IMG/VR virus record: IMGVR_UViG_3300036770_008728
Location: 1-64,000 of that record
Strand: one strand, 5' to 3'
Length of the DNA: 64,000 bases
DNA from: a virus
Shown here: one piece after another, positions 19,623 through 28,818 of the stretch
How positions within the stretch are numbered: the first letter of the stretch is position 1
How the letters are laid out: each line of letters starts with the position of its first letter
Made by a program: the position numbers and the translations under genes
The notes under the pieces: generated by a model
Told to the model about the DNA's origin: nothing
The model's input: only the letters and a program-made list of their open reading frames with translations
The model's database searches: none

Positions 19623-20423
19623 TTAGACCAATGCTGACTTAACCGTATCTTTCGCCAAGCTGGCCACCCGGTTAGTGAAGTCAGAATAGTACTTGTCAGT
19701 ACTCACCAACTGCATTGGGCGCCACTCTAAAGGCATATTGCCATAGTTGTCGGTCTGGAACGCCATGTTCAGACCTGACGTGATCCGAATACGTGGGAAC
19801 AACAGCGCAATCCAGGTACCATCAGCCAGCTGACCCGTAACCTTGGCCGCGTATTCCGTGGCTTCGTTTGTTGAACCCATAGCCAGGACGTCACAACGCG
19901 AAATCACAGTACCAATCGGGAACTGACGAGTACCCGTATCACATTCAACAATTAAGTTCGGCGTGATAGCGGTCACTTTACCGATGTTAATGTTTTGGCT
20001 GTTTGGCTCACGCAGCATCACGGTATTGCCGATGGCATAGGCTTGAGGTGACGCCGGACTATCCGTTGTAAACGTGTGTAACTTGGCGTTCAGCGTACTC
20101 AGGGCCGTCGAGGTTTTTGGTGTACCCGGCACATCCACAAAACCCGAACCGTCCAAGCTCAGTGCATAAGCCAAGTTCTTAGACGTGTATTCGTAGAGTT
20201 CACAGGAAGCACGAGCAGTACTGCCCGCATTACGGATATGCACCAGCGTATTAGAAATACCCTGACCAAGTTCTACCTGATCACGAGTTACTTCACACAC
20301 GAAGTTTTTGACCAGACCCACGGAGTTTAAGTCTGGAGTGAATTCGTACAGCTTGTCCCGAGGTCCAATCATAACCTCAGCAGTGCCTAACATAAAATTG
20401 GTCGTGCGAGCTTCACCGGCCAT
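19623..20423 (-). CDS. Major tail tube protein
   Basis: Position before chaperones, own terminator, beta-rich, ends MPLEWRP. Confidence 0.8.
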   Translation of the reverse strand: MAGEARTTNFMLGTAEVMIGPRDKLYEFTPDLNSVGLVKNFVCEVTRDQVELGQGISNTLVHIRNAGSTARASCELYEYTSKNLAYALSLDGSGFVDVPGTPKTSTALSTLNAKLHTFTTDSPASPQAYAIGNTVMLREPNSQNINIGKVTAITPNLIVECDTGTRQFPIGTVISRCDVLAMGSTNEATEYAAKVTGQLADGTWIALLFPRIRITSGLNMAFQTDNYGNMPLEWRPMQLVSTDKYYSDFTNRVASLAKDTVKSALV

Positions 20424-20477
20424 GTTTGTTAATCCTTCAATTGTGATAAAATCAGCTATAAACGGAACAATATAATC

Positions 20478-20819
20478 ATGCTAAAAAATATAGCCGTTAG
20501 CGTCCCGAGTGAGGTGTATGAAATACTGAATTCAATGACAGTATCATCACCCCGGTCATTACTCAGTATAAAGTTACTGAGAGCCTTTTTCAAAGAGAAC
20601 CCACCGCTTCGGGATATGTCAGGCCTTTTGGACCAAGACACGCATTCCTTCACTCTGCGCATTCCCCAGGATCTCATCGAACAACTGGAGCGGTTTGCTA
20701 ACCGTATGGCCTACAACCGCCATACGGCTCTGCTGGTCGCTCTGGTCGCTCAGATTGCTGCAGAGCAGCCTTACTTCAGAGAACCGACATCAATGCCGGC
20801 CGGTAACGTAAAGTGGTAA
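20478..20819 (+). CDS. Tandem ribbon-helix-helix DNA-binding protein
   Basis: IAVSVPSEVYEIL and SFTLRIPQDLIEQLERFA...NR, two Arc/CopG-like units. Confidence 0.65.
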   Translation: MLKNIAVSVPSEVYEILNSMTVSSPRSLLSIKLLRAFFKENPPLRDMSGLLDQDTHSFTLRIPQDLIEQLERFANRMAYNRHTALLVALVAQIAAEQPYFREPTSMPAGNVKW

Positions 20820-21283
20820 GCCATAGTAGGTGTTACTGCCCAAGGCTGGCCACAATACTCAGCTTCGCTTAACATAAATTCAATGCAGGATAGTTTATCC
20901 AACTGATTGAATTTCTCTGCGAGACCTAACGCAAAACCCAAAAGATGCGACGTATCATATTCTGTCGCTGCCTTAGCTTTCGCACGATAACCCTCCAGAG
21001 CTTTTTGCTTATCACGCACGGCCAATAACCGGATTTCGACCCGACCGTTGTAACGCTTTAAAAACTCAGCAATCGGAGTTTCAACTACCCGATTGTGGGT
21101 TTCTTTTAAATGTTTCTGACCCAGTACCTTGAGCTTGAAAAGAGCACTAAATGAACCCTTGGATTCAATGGCTACTTCGCGCTCACGGTCATACACAGCG
21201 CCATGGCTGAACTTACCCGTGAGCCGGATTAACCAGCTTACGGGATGATTCCCAATGGCGAACAACGTTTCTACATACTGCAC
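20771..21283 (-). CDS. Permuted papain-like (YaeF/YiiX) amidase
   Basis: SWLIR..GKFSH.A, YD, C.E in His-before-Cys order. Confidence 0.75.
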   Translation of the reverse strand: MQYVETLFAIGNHPVSWLIRLTGKFSHGAVYDREREVAIESKGSFSALFKLKVLGQKHLKETHNRVVETPIAEFLKRYNGRVEIRLLAVRDKQKALEGYRAKAKAATEYDTSHLLGFALGLAEKFNQLDKLSCIEFMLSEAEYCGQPWAVTPTMAYHFTLPAGIDVGSLK

Positions 21284-21292
21284 AGGGACCTC

Positions 21293-21739
21293 CTAATTAA
21301 CGCTCTGGATTGAGGCTTGGAAAGTGATTCCCTGCATTGCTACTTGCGAGTTTTTCATAACGGGCATCAGTCGCGTGGTACCCATCATCTTCAACTCGCC
21401 AACCCTTTGGTTGTTATTGTCATAATATGGAATAACTGACCCCGGCTGCAGAACTTCAAAAATCACATTAAGCCGGCTCATCAAACGCATGTTGTTCGCA
21501 TCGTTGTAGGTGGCGCACACGATCATGGCGGACGTTGCGGACAAGGCTGAACCATCGTTGGCCGAGTACATCGCAAAGTTTTGCATCCCCACGAAATCAT
21601 TGCTCGGAAGCTCTACTTCACTGGCCAGCGCATCGAGGTTAATTGGCTCGACCGTCATCTGGTCGACGCTGGCGAATTCGCTGGCCATCTCCGTGATAAA
21701 CCGCAGCACCGACTGGTGAGTAAATTCAAGCTTATTCAT
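21293..21739 (-). CDS. Putative tail terminator/completion protein
   Basis: Size, acidic, position before tail tube. Confidence 0.5.
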   Translation of the reverse strand: MNKLEFTHQSVLRFITEMASEFASVDQMTVEPINLDALASEVELPSNDFVGMQNFAMYSANDGSALSATSAMIVCATYNDANNMRLMSRLNVIFEVLQPGSVIPYYDNNNQRVGELKMMGTTRLMPVMKNSQVAMQGITFQASIQSVN

Positions 21740-22161
21740 TAAAACCTCTGGTCTTCTAATCGTTCTGAAATACGATCCAGCATTTCCCCAAAGAATGGGT
21801 CTATCACCGACCGGTCTTGGTCTCTCAAAAACATCAACGTGGCCGACGAGTGACTATTCATTCGGTTCAGAATGGGCATCATGGCCAATAAGAAGCCGTA
21901 CTCGTTGGATTCCACCTTTCTGAAAAACGTGTCTTCTACTCTGATTTTCATGGGGACCCGGATCAGCCCCTCAACAATGGCCCGCTCTACAGAAATCCGG
22001 CGCCGAGTTACGGGGTCGTAAAAGTATTCACCCTTAAAGTCCAGGTTCCCGCGGCCCACCACCAGACTTTGTTTACTGGTTTGCACACGACGAACTATCT
22101 CTGGAGGTACGATTTCCGACCACTTTGGAACTCGGTACTTTGGCTTCAGGCTATCCGTCAT
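21739..22161 (-). CDS. Hypothetical protein, head-tail region
   Basis: Translationally coupled in late operon. Confidence 0.6.
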   Translation of the reverse strand: MTDSLKPKYRVPKWSEIVPPEIVRRVQTSKQSLVVGRGNLDFKGEYFYDPVTRRRISVERAIVEGLIRVPMKIRVEDTFFRKVESNEYGFLLAMMPILNRMNSHSSATLMFLRDQDRSVIDPFFGEMLDRISERLEDQRF

Positions 22162-22691
22162 ACCCGCACATTCCGTCTTCGCTGGGCTTGTGCATCGTAA
22201 AGGCGCTGATCGGGTACATATCTTCCCAGTTCATAGCCCCGTTTAAACTGAAGTCCCCCGAACGCCATAAACAGGGTTTCAGCAATATTCGCTTGATTGC
22301 CCAGTTCACTCAGTAGCGCCACCAGCGATTTTTCTTTGGTTGGGCCATAGTAGTTCTGAAATTTCAGGGGATATTCACCCCCTGATTTGCGGTGATAAAA
22401 AAACTTCCGCTTAACGGTTTCATCCGACAGCGGGCGGTACTGGTAGATACCACCCATCCAATCGTTATTTACCCGGAACTGCTTTGATGAGCTAAAGCCT
22501 TCAACCGAATCCGCGATGGATTCAACACCCAGGCGACCAGAACCCGACACTGTTGCACTGATTTCTTCTTTTATCAGCGACGTGATCCGCTGCTCGACCG
22601 TTAAATTCACATCGGCTGCAGCCTGATGCTGAAGGCTTTTCAGAACCCCAAACAGTTGCTTGGATAGCGCGGCCATGACCGGGCCACTCAT
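22158..22691 (-). CDS. Hypothetical neck/virion morphogenesis protein
   Basis: PLSDETVKRK motif reminiscent of neck proteins; coupled ORF. Confidence 0.55.
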   Translation of the reverse strand: MSGPVMAALSKQLFGVLKSLQHQAAADVNLTVEQRITSLIKEEISATVSGSGRLGVESIADSVEGFSSSKQFRVNNDWMGGIYQYRPLSDETVKRKFFYHRKSGGEYPLKFQNYYGPTKEKSLVALLSELGNQANIAETLFMAFGGLQFKRGYELGRYVPDQRLYDAQAQRRRNVRV

Positions 22692-23182
22692 GAGCCAACC
22701 TCGACCCGGTATACGCCGTTTAGAAGCGCCACATGGCTGACACGTAGGCCATTTATCTTGTGATTCGTCGTCGCCGGGTACGCCATGTAGTAAACGAGCT
22801 GAGGGACTTTCAGGCCCAGAACTTCCGAACTACTGACTAAATCCTGACAAACCTGAACTTTAATTGCAGGACCATCCACAGGGTTCCCTTTCATCTGGGT
22901 CACTGGATTGATGGTGGTGAGAATTTCACGAATGGTGACTTCTGCGTTCAGCTCTAATGCTGCAAACACAGTGCTGTCAGAGTTCAAATGGTGGTTTGCC
23001 AACACAAAAGCCGGCCGGCCACGTTGGTAAAGAAACTCTCCGGGCTTAACCGCCGAACCGTCAAGGATATGAACAAGGCTTTTCACCGGACCCAGTAGGC
23101 GAAACCCGTCTGCCGGTTTGGTCAGTACCGCAGAAACGTTTTTATTTCCAATCCGGTACTTCCGATGGTCCATGTTATTCAC
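22688..23182 (-). CDS. Putative head closure protein
   Basis: Beta-rich, follows adaptor-like gene. Confidence 0.5.
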   Translation of the reverse strand: MNNMDHRKYRIGNKNVSAVLTKPADGFRLLGPVKSLVHILDGSAVKPGEFLYQRGRPAFVLANHHLNSDSTVFAALELNAEVTIREILTTINPVTQMKGNPVDGPAIKVQVCQDLVSSSEVLGLKVPQLVYYMAYPATTNHKINGLRVSHVALLNGVYRVEVGS

Positions 23183-23873
23183 CCGTCAGCGGGTCAGTGA
23201 CTGAGACCACCGTCAGAAGCGGTTCATAGTCATCCACTGGTACGTAATTGAAGTGAGTCACTAACAACGACTGGAACTGGGCATACAGTTCGCCCTGCAG
23301 CTTCACATAGTCAATGCTCTGCCGGGTCATTTTGTGGTCATCTACTTCTCGGGTTTTCAGTAAACGCAAAGGCAGAGTAGGGATCTGGCTTATGGCCACA
23401 TGCAGCAAAAGGGCCTTGTTTGCATGACTGACCTTACTGACATCTGTAAAAAGGTCCTGATTCAGGATTTCAGAAACCTCCAGATAGCCGGCATAGATAT
23501 CAAATACTGAATCTGGTAGCTCCTCGTTTGAGGCTCCCAGCAGATTCCGCACTTGTAATGGTGTGACTGTGATTGGTTTGAAACGCACCACGCGAACCGG
23601 TGAGCTCCAAGTGATTTGCTGGCTTGCCGAAACAAACGTCACTTCCATAAACAGGAATTTAGACAGCTCATTTGAGTCCAACGAAAAATTGCTGGCCGGA
23701 ACTAACCAGTCCGGCTCAGCCAAATCCAGATAAACCTTGTTACCCAGAGCCACACCAGACACATCACGCAGTACTACAAACAGGTCCTCTGCGGGATCTG
23801 GTGTGTAGAACTCATCATTTACCAGAAATTCCTTTTGTAATTTCAATGGTGTCTGTGTGCGAATTTCGATCAT
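23175..23873 (-). CDS. Putative head-tail adaptor
   Basis: VT..QVR.LLG....ELPD motif; position after capsid. Confidence 0.55.
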   Translation of the reverse strand: MIEIRTQTPLKLQKEFLVNDEFYTPDPAEDLFVVLRDVSGVALGNKVYLDLAEPDWLVPASNFSLDSNELSKFLFMEVTFVSASQQITWSSPVRVVRFKPITVTPLQVRNLLGASNEELPDSVFDIYAGYLEVSEILNQDLFTDVSKVSHANKALLLHVAISQIPTLPLRLLKTREVDDHKMTRQSIDYVKLQGELYAQFQSLLVTHFNYVPVDDYEPLLTVVSVTDPLTGE

Positions 23874-24406
23874 TATTTTTTGCCCTTGTTGGCGCCAGCG
23901 TCGGCTTCTTCCTGAGCCTTTTTCGCAGCTTCAGCAGCCGCGGCAGCATCGGCTTCTTCCTGAGTCTTTTTCGCAGCTTCAGCAGCCGCGGCAGCATCGG
24001 CTTCTTCCTTGGCCTTTTTCGCAGCTTCAGCCGCAGCGGCAGCGTCGGCTTCTTCCTTGGCCTTTTTCGCAGCTTCAGCCGCAGCGGCAGCGTCGGCTTC
24101 TTCCTGAGCCTTTTTCGCAGCTTCAGCTGTAGCCTGTTCGTCTTCCACATCACCACTCAGAATGGCTTTGAATGACGCTACGGCCAGTTCGAAATCACCC
24201 TCAGCGGCCTGATAGCATTTCAACCATTCAGCATCCGTGGCATGACCTGGCAGTTCTTCAGCCACACAGAGCTTTACCTGACCACGAGCAATATTCTGAT
24301 CCAGAAAACTGGATTTCGACACGACCGAAGGCCGGTCATGGTGATATTCGTCACCGTTAAAGTCCGTCAGATAAACCGGACCAACTGTTTCAACTAAACA
24401 CTTCAT
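23873..24406 (-). CDS. Hypothetical protein with Ala/Glu/Lys helical repeats
   Basis: Follows capsid gene, GGAG SD; five 15-aa repeats. Confidence 0.75.
   Translation of the reverse strand: MKCLVETVGPVYLTDFNGDEYHHDRPSVVSKSSFLDQNIARGQVKLCVAEELPGHATDAEWLKCYQAAEGDFELAVASFKAILSGDVEDEQATAEAAKKAQEEADAAAAAEAAKKAKEEADAAAAAEAAKKAKEEADAAAAAEAAKKTQEEADAAAAAEAAKKAQEEADAGANKGKK
23896..24128 (-). repeat. 45-bp tandem repeat, about 5 copies
   Basis: Encodes AEAAKK(A/T)(Q/K)EEADAAA. Confidence 0.95.
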
Positions 24407-24424
24407 AGAAGCTCCAGAAGTACT

Positions 24425-24444
24425 GGGAGGTCCGAAGACCTCCC
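24425..24444 (-). terminator. cUUCGg hairpin after capsid gene (no U-tract)
   Basis: GGGAGGTC TTCG GACCTCCC. Confidence 0.65.
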
Positions 24445-24459
24445 TTATTAGTTCAAGGC

Positions 24460-25677
24460 TTACGCCATGTTCAACACAGTGCGGGTATCACCAAAGATCA
24501 GCTTGTAACCTGAGTTGATAGTGCGTGTGTAGGTGATAGTCTGGTTCTTAATGGCTTGCTCAGACTCACGGATATCTGAGTTCGCTTCAATCAGCTCTTC
24601 CAGAGTATCTGCACGGCTGTAACAAATCAGTTTGTTCGCCGGAGCTGCAGACGCCAGTTTGAAAGACACGCCTTTCAGCAAGTCCATGGCCAGGCTGACT
24701 TTCGGCGCACCTTTCTCTTGCAGGTGCTCTGCAACAGACTTATTGGCCGTGGTTGGGTTGAACATCAGGAACAGTTCCAGATACATGTCCAGGTTACCCA
24801 CCATGGTATCCACTGGGGTACCGGCTTTGGCACGGGCTACCAGGAACTTCATCAGCGCGATGTAGTTGTCTTTCAGCGTTTTACCAGCAGAGAAGTCCGC
24901 ACCATGCACAGACAGGTTAACTACTGGAGCCGCACTATAAACCGCATCGCCATTAATGAGTTGGCCTACCGCAGCAGAGACTTTACTGATTTGCAGCTGA
25001 CGTTCTACGCGGGCAGCGTAAGGCTTCAAAATGTCCATTGCTACACGGCGTTCGAACTCATAGGTGGTACGAATCGCAGAACCATGTTTATAGAAACGAA
25101 CGTTGTTTTCAGTCGCTGTGATGTCATACACAGGAATGCTGGCGCCTTCAGCGATCATCGAAGTACTACGGGCTTCTTGTGAATCCTGCAGGATTGCACG
25201 AGTCAGAACTTCCGTACCACGAATGGTCCGTGTCTGGGCTACGAGACCTTCCGTCGATTCCATTTCATCCATGCGGGTTTCCCAGCGAAGCATGTCATCA
25301 ATGACTTCTGGAAACAGGGCACGAGTACCCGGCTTGAAGTTGAAGGTATCCGCTGCAGCTTCTAACAGGATGCCCTGTTTGAAATCCTGGCGAGTTGGTA
25401 AGCCTAAGTGCATCAGCGCAGCTTCGTAACCACTTAAATGGTCGCCACCGGCTAACAGATATGGATTGATCTGTTGGTTGTTTACTTCAATCGTAGACTT
25501 TGGAATATCTACGGCTAAGGTCAGGTAATCGCGCAGGTTCAAACCATATTCTTTGGCCTTGGAGCAAAGAATATGGCCGGCTTGAGCAGATTTGAACGTA
25601 TCTTCAGATGCGATATCACCCAGAACTAAAGCCAATGGTTGGCGCTGGATCTCGGTTAAACGACGGTATGCTGTCAT
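24460..25677 (-). CDS. Major capsid protein
   Basis: 405 aa, LFPEVI, IAEGASIP, KHG.AI..TYE (HK97-fold-like); follows protease and decoration genes. Confidence 0.85.
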   Translation of the reverse strand: MTAYRRLTEIQRQPLALVLGDIASEDTFKSAQAGHILCSKAKEYGLNLRDYLTLAVDIPKSTIEVNNQQINPYLLAGGDHLSGYEAALMHLGLPTRQDFKQGILLEAAADTFNFKPGTRALFPEVIDDMLRWETRMDEMESTEGLVAQTRTIRGTEVLTRAILQDSQEARSTSMIAEGASIPVYDITATENNVRFYKHGSAIRTTYEFERRVAMDILKPYAARVERQLQISKVSAAVGQLINGDAVYSAAPVVNLSVHGADFSAGKTLKDNYIALMKFLVARAKAGTPVDTMVGNLDMYLELFLMFNPTTANKSVAEHLQEKGAPKVSLAMDLLKGVSFKLASAAPANKLICYSRADTLEELIEANSDIRESEQAIKNQTITYTRTINSGYKLIFGDTRTVLNMA

Positions 25678-25738
25678 GCTTGTTAATCCTATTCTAATTT
25701 TAGTGGAGGCGGGCTAGGCCCGCACGACCAACGAGCTG

Positions 25739-26137
25739 TTACTTCAACAGCACTTCACAGGTCAGAGTTGTGGTGTTTACGGCAACAACCACGGTGTTCA
25801 TACCGACGCCGGCACCCGCCGTTTTCACACCACCCAAACCATTGCCCACGACGCGACCACCGCGAGTAGGAGCCGTACCTGTGTAGCTGAACTTCTGATA
25901 CATCAATGGCTGATATGAACCGGTCTTCACACCGTCCTGAGAGCGGTTTTCAAAAGCAGTCAGAACGCCGTTGATGTCCACACCGTCTGGAGAGATACCA
26001 ACTGTGAAGTCCGCTGCAGGGTCAATCGAGACTGGTTTACCCACGTCGGCAATACCGGTAACCGTGGAATTTAAATACGCGGTGACCGCCAGGTCTTCGA
26101 CGCGAATACCCTTATAACTGGTAATTGTATTCATCAT
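25739..26137 (-). CDS. Capsid decoration protein
   Basis: Small Gly/Val/Thr-rich gene between protease and capsid. Confidence 0.7.
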   Translation of the reverse strand: MMNTITSYKGIRVEDLAVTAYLNSTVTGIADVGKPVSIDPAADFTVGISPDGVDINGVLTAFENRSQDGVKTGSYQPLMYQKFSYTGTAPTRGGRVVGNGLGGVKTAGAGVGMNTVVVAVNTTTLTCEVLLK

Positions 26138-26143
26138 GGGTCC

Positions 26144-27292
26144 TTAACGTGGTGACTTGTAAAGTGCCGCCTGACCCAGCATGGCTGGTACTGCAGCAGG
26201 TTGTTGTTTATCCGCCGGGTCAGTAACACCACCACGAGGGATTGCCGCCAGTACAACCTTGGCTTCGTCAATCGCTGCGATCATCTGTTCCGGAGTTGCG
26301 TTTGGAACTTCTGTCAGGTTTGCCGCAACACAAGCTGCCTTGTACTGTCCTGACAGGAAAGTTGTTACTGTCGCGTGAGAGGCCTTGATCGTGTCCAGCT
26401 CTTTCACGGTATCCGTTGAAGCCGCTTCCAGCTTGGTTTTCAGCTCAGCGATTTCGGTATTAGCGGTTGTCAGTGCAGCCTGTGAAGCAGTTAACTGGTC
26501 AGCCAACGTCTTCTTCTCACTTTCTAACCGCCCATTGGTTTGCGCCAGTTCCAGCATTTGTGGATCCATGACATCTCCTGTGGGGTTGGTTTTTGGGGGT
26601 TGTGGTGCCAGGGTGACGGCACTAAACAGGAAAGACAGATCTGGTTGTGCACCAGATGCCGCCAGTCGCTGGTAAGTTTCAGCACCCAGACGTTGCTTGG
26701 CTGCGCCAAGGATTTTTGCTTTTGATGAAGCGCCACGGTTCACCAAGCTCAGCTCGGTCCATGTGTTCATCTCAGTTAAACGAAGGTGAACGCCGTCTTT
26801 ACCCAGCTGATGTTCATTGGGACATTCACGGGCATACAGGTAGTACGGTTCTGACATGTAATCAAAATCACACTGACTGCAGAAAGCATGTTTGGGTAAA
26901 GTGCCCACGGATACTTCGTCAATAATGCTGGTATCAATTTTTTCCAGCAGTGCCGTTTCCGTCGCCAGAAGATAAAACGCGGTATTTAATTCCCAGTGAC
27001 CAGCTTCGGCGGCAAACACGTCAGCCATGAACACCCGGCCGGTAGGCAGGGTGTAGTCGTCGTGCATGATTTGAAGAGTTACAGGGTTTGATTTGAGGTG
27101 TGCAGACATCTGACGCAGATACGCTTCAGTCATCTGAGCACCGTTATATGGGGAGTAACGCTGGGAAATCGGGCGCGTAGAAGCTGCCACAGCTTCGTAG
27201 GCAACGATTTTGCTGAAATCCATATCTGGATCACCAGCAACAGCACGAATGGCTTCTTTGTGCTTTTCAGTCAGCTCAAGGCGTTTTGCCAT
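26144..27292 (-). CDS. Prohead protease with C-terminal scaffold
   Basis: MH....P.GR, VSVG, CxxC insertion, ELSLVNRGA, coiled-coil tail. Confidence 0.85.
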   Translation of the reverse strand: MAKRLELTEKHKEAIRAVAGDPDMDFSKIVAYEAVAASTRPISQRYSPYNGAQMTEAYLRQMSAHLKSNPVTLQIMHDDYTLPTGRVFMADVFAAEAGHWELNTAFYLLATETALLEKIDTSIIDEVSVGTLPKHAFCSQCDFDYMSEPYYLYARECPNEHQLGKDGVHLRLTEMNTWTELSLVNRGASSKAKILGAAKQRLGAETYQRLAASGAQPDLSFLFSAVTLAPQPPKTNPTGDVMDPQMLELAQTNGRLESEKKTLADQLTASQAALTTANTEIAELKTKLEAASTDTVKELDTIKASHATVTTFLSGQYKAACVAANLTEVPNATPEQMIAAIDEAKVVLAAIPRGGVTDPADKQQPAAVPAMLGQAALYKSPR

Positions 27293-27345
27293 GTTTGTTA
27301 ATCCTCAAATTGTCTATTTATGCTAGAGCATTTTATTTCGAACTT

Positions 27346-28809
27346 CTAGCGGTTTATTTTGTTGGTGTTTGATTTGACAGTTTTATTCGCTGCCGAACTG
27401 GTGCTTCTGCCCAATGGATCACTGTTTGGTGTTATTTTTTCAGCATCAACCATCATTCCACCACTCACGAACATGGTCCCGCTCATTTCTGGAATATGGT
27501 CCGGTCGGATCTTGCCGTACATGGCCAGATGGTATTCATCATCATCAATCAGACCATCACTCAAATCCTGGCGTAGCCGGTTACCTTTCAGCTGGCGCTG
27601 TGGCTCCATTTCCAGCTCAGAACGCAAATCAATCTGCGGGTAAACGACCTCGACCCGGCTTTCAGAACCCTGCAGACGGAGTGCCTGCGTCAGGATGTTA
27701 CTGAATACTCGACCAATACCCTGATTCAAAGAACCGGCGTTTTTACTAAAAAGCTGGGCTTCCACGGTCGCCGTGTTCACACCACTTTCGCCACGGCCAA
27801 GTACGGTGGCCATCGTCCGAAGCCCCGCTTGGTTCTGGGCATTGAGAACGTCGATGATGCTGGTGATATCCAATCCCACAGCAGGGTTTTTTTCATTCAG
27901 AATATTCAGCTCAGCACTGTCGTAATGAACCATCGGCTGGTCGGCACGAATCGAACCGAACTGCTGTACCAGTTCATTGCGCCTTGCCCGCAAATATTTC
28001 CGGAACTCTGCAGCATCGGCCTTTAGGTGAGCCGGGGCACTGCGGGCAATCACTTCTTCCAGAACCTTCACGGTCAGACGTGGAAAACCGGTAATTTGCA
28101 TGATCCGATACAGGTCATTAATCACCTGCTGACGTGCGGCCATGGAGTTAATCGCCGCAATAAACGGACTGTTGCCATAGGCTTCCATTGGACTTTTCCG
28201 GTACCAGTGCATGAAGAACGTCGGGATATCGAGCTTGATTTCTTTATCACCAACCACCTGCCAAGGCACCATGACACCCGGGGACTTTTCCTGCAGTTGG
28301 ATTTGCGCGATGTCTACCAAACGCAGTTCGTTCAACACCAGAAGTTCGTTGTACACGGCCTCAACGGCAATCCCGCCGCGGGCCAGAATCATGTAACGCA
28401 GGTCTTCAGCAATGGTCCTGAAATCTTTTCGTTCTTCATAGCCTTTCGAGTAATCCCGTCGGGTTGTCAGAACTTCGATGATTTCATTGACCAGCTTGTA
28501 TCCATCACGGTCAATGGCACCGTCTGGGTCACGAACAATAATCTTTGGTTCAACGTCGGCAGTTGTCAGGTAAGCGGACAGGGCACTGCTGGCATCCGGG
28601 TCAGCCTTCAGCAAACTCAACATCAGTTCCCGCGAGTTTTTGTTGATCCGGTCATCGTAAAGATTGGCCAAATGCTCCTTAAACGCGGGTAAATCAAGGG
28701 TGTCGCCTGTGCGCTCGGGGTCGAACGTCGCTGTCTGTGTATTGCCCTTGGGTTTGGTGCGCGTGGGCAGCAGGATTTTAATCTTAGCGAGAATGCCGGA
28801 GCTGGCCAT
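27346..28809 (-). CDS. Portal protein
   Basis: 487 aa between terminase and protease; YG.SP..AA. Confidence 0.85.
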   Translation of the reverse strand: MASSGILAKIKILLPTRTKPKGNTQTATFDPERTGDTLDLPAFKEHLANLYDDRINKNSRELMLSLLKADPDASSALSAYLTTADVEPKIIVRDPDGAIDRDGYKLVNEIIEVLTTRRDYSKGYEERKDFRTIAEDLRYMILARGGIAVEAVYNELLVLNELRLVDIAQIQLQEKSPGVMVPWQVVGDKEIKLDIPTFFMHWYRKSPMEAYGNSPFIAAINSMAARQQVINDLYRIMQITGFPRLTVKVLEEVIARSAPAHLKADAAEFRKYLRARRNELVQQFGSIRADQPMVHYDSAELNILNEKNPAVGLDITSIIDVLNAQNQAGLRTMATVLGRGESGVNTATVEAQLFSKNAGSLNQGIGRVFSNILTQALRLQGSESRVEVVYPQIDLRSELEMEPQRQLKGNRLRQDLSDGLIDDDEYHLAMYGKIRPDHIPEMSGTMFVSGGMMVDAEKITPNSDPLGRSTSSAANKTVKSNTNKINR

Positions 28810-28818
28810 AAAGAGTCC

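Noticed and set aside
23672-24175. K/R-rich and F/S-rich alternative-frame ORFs
   Set aside because: Shadow frames of the 45-bp repeat
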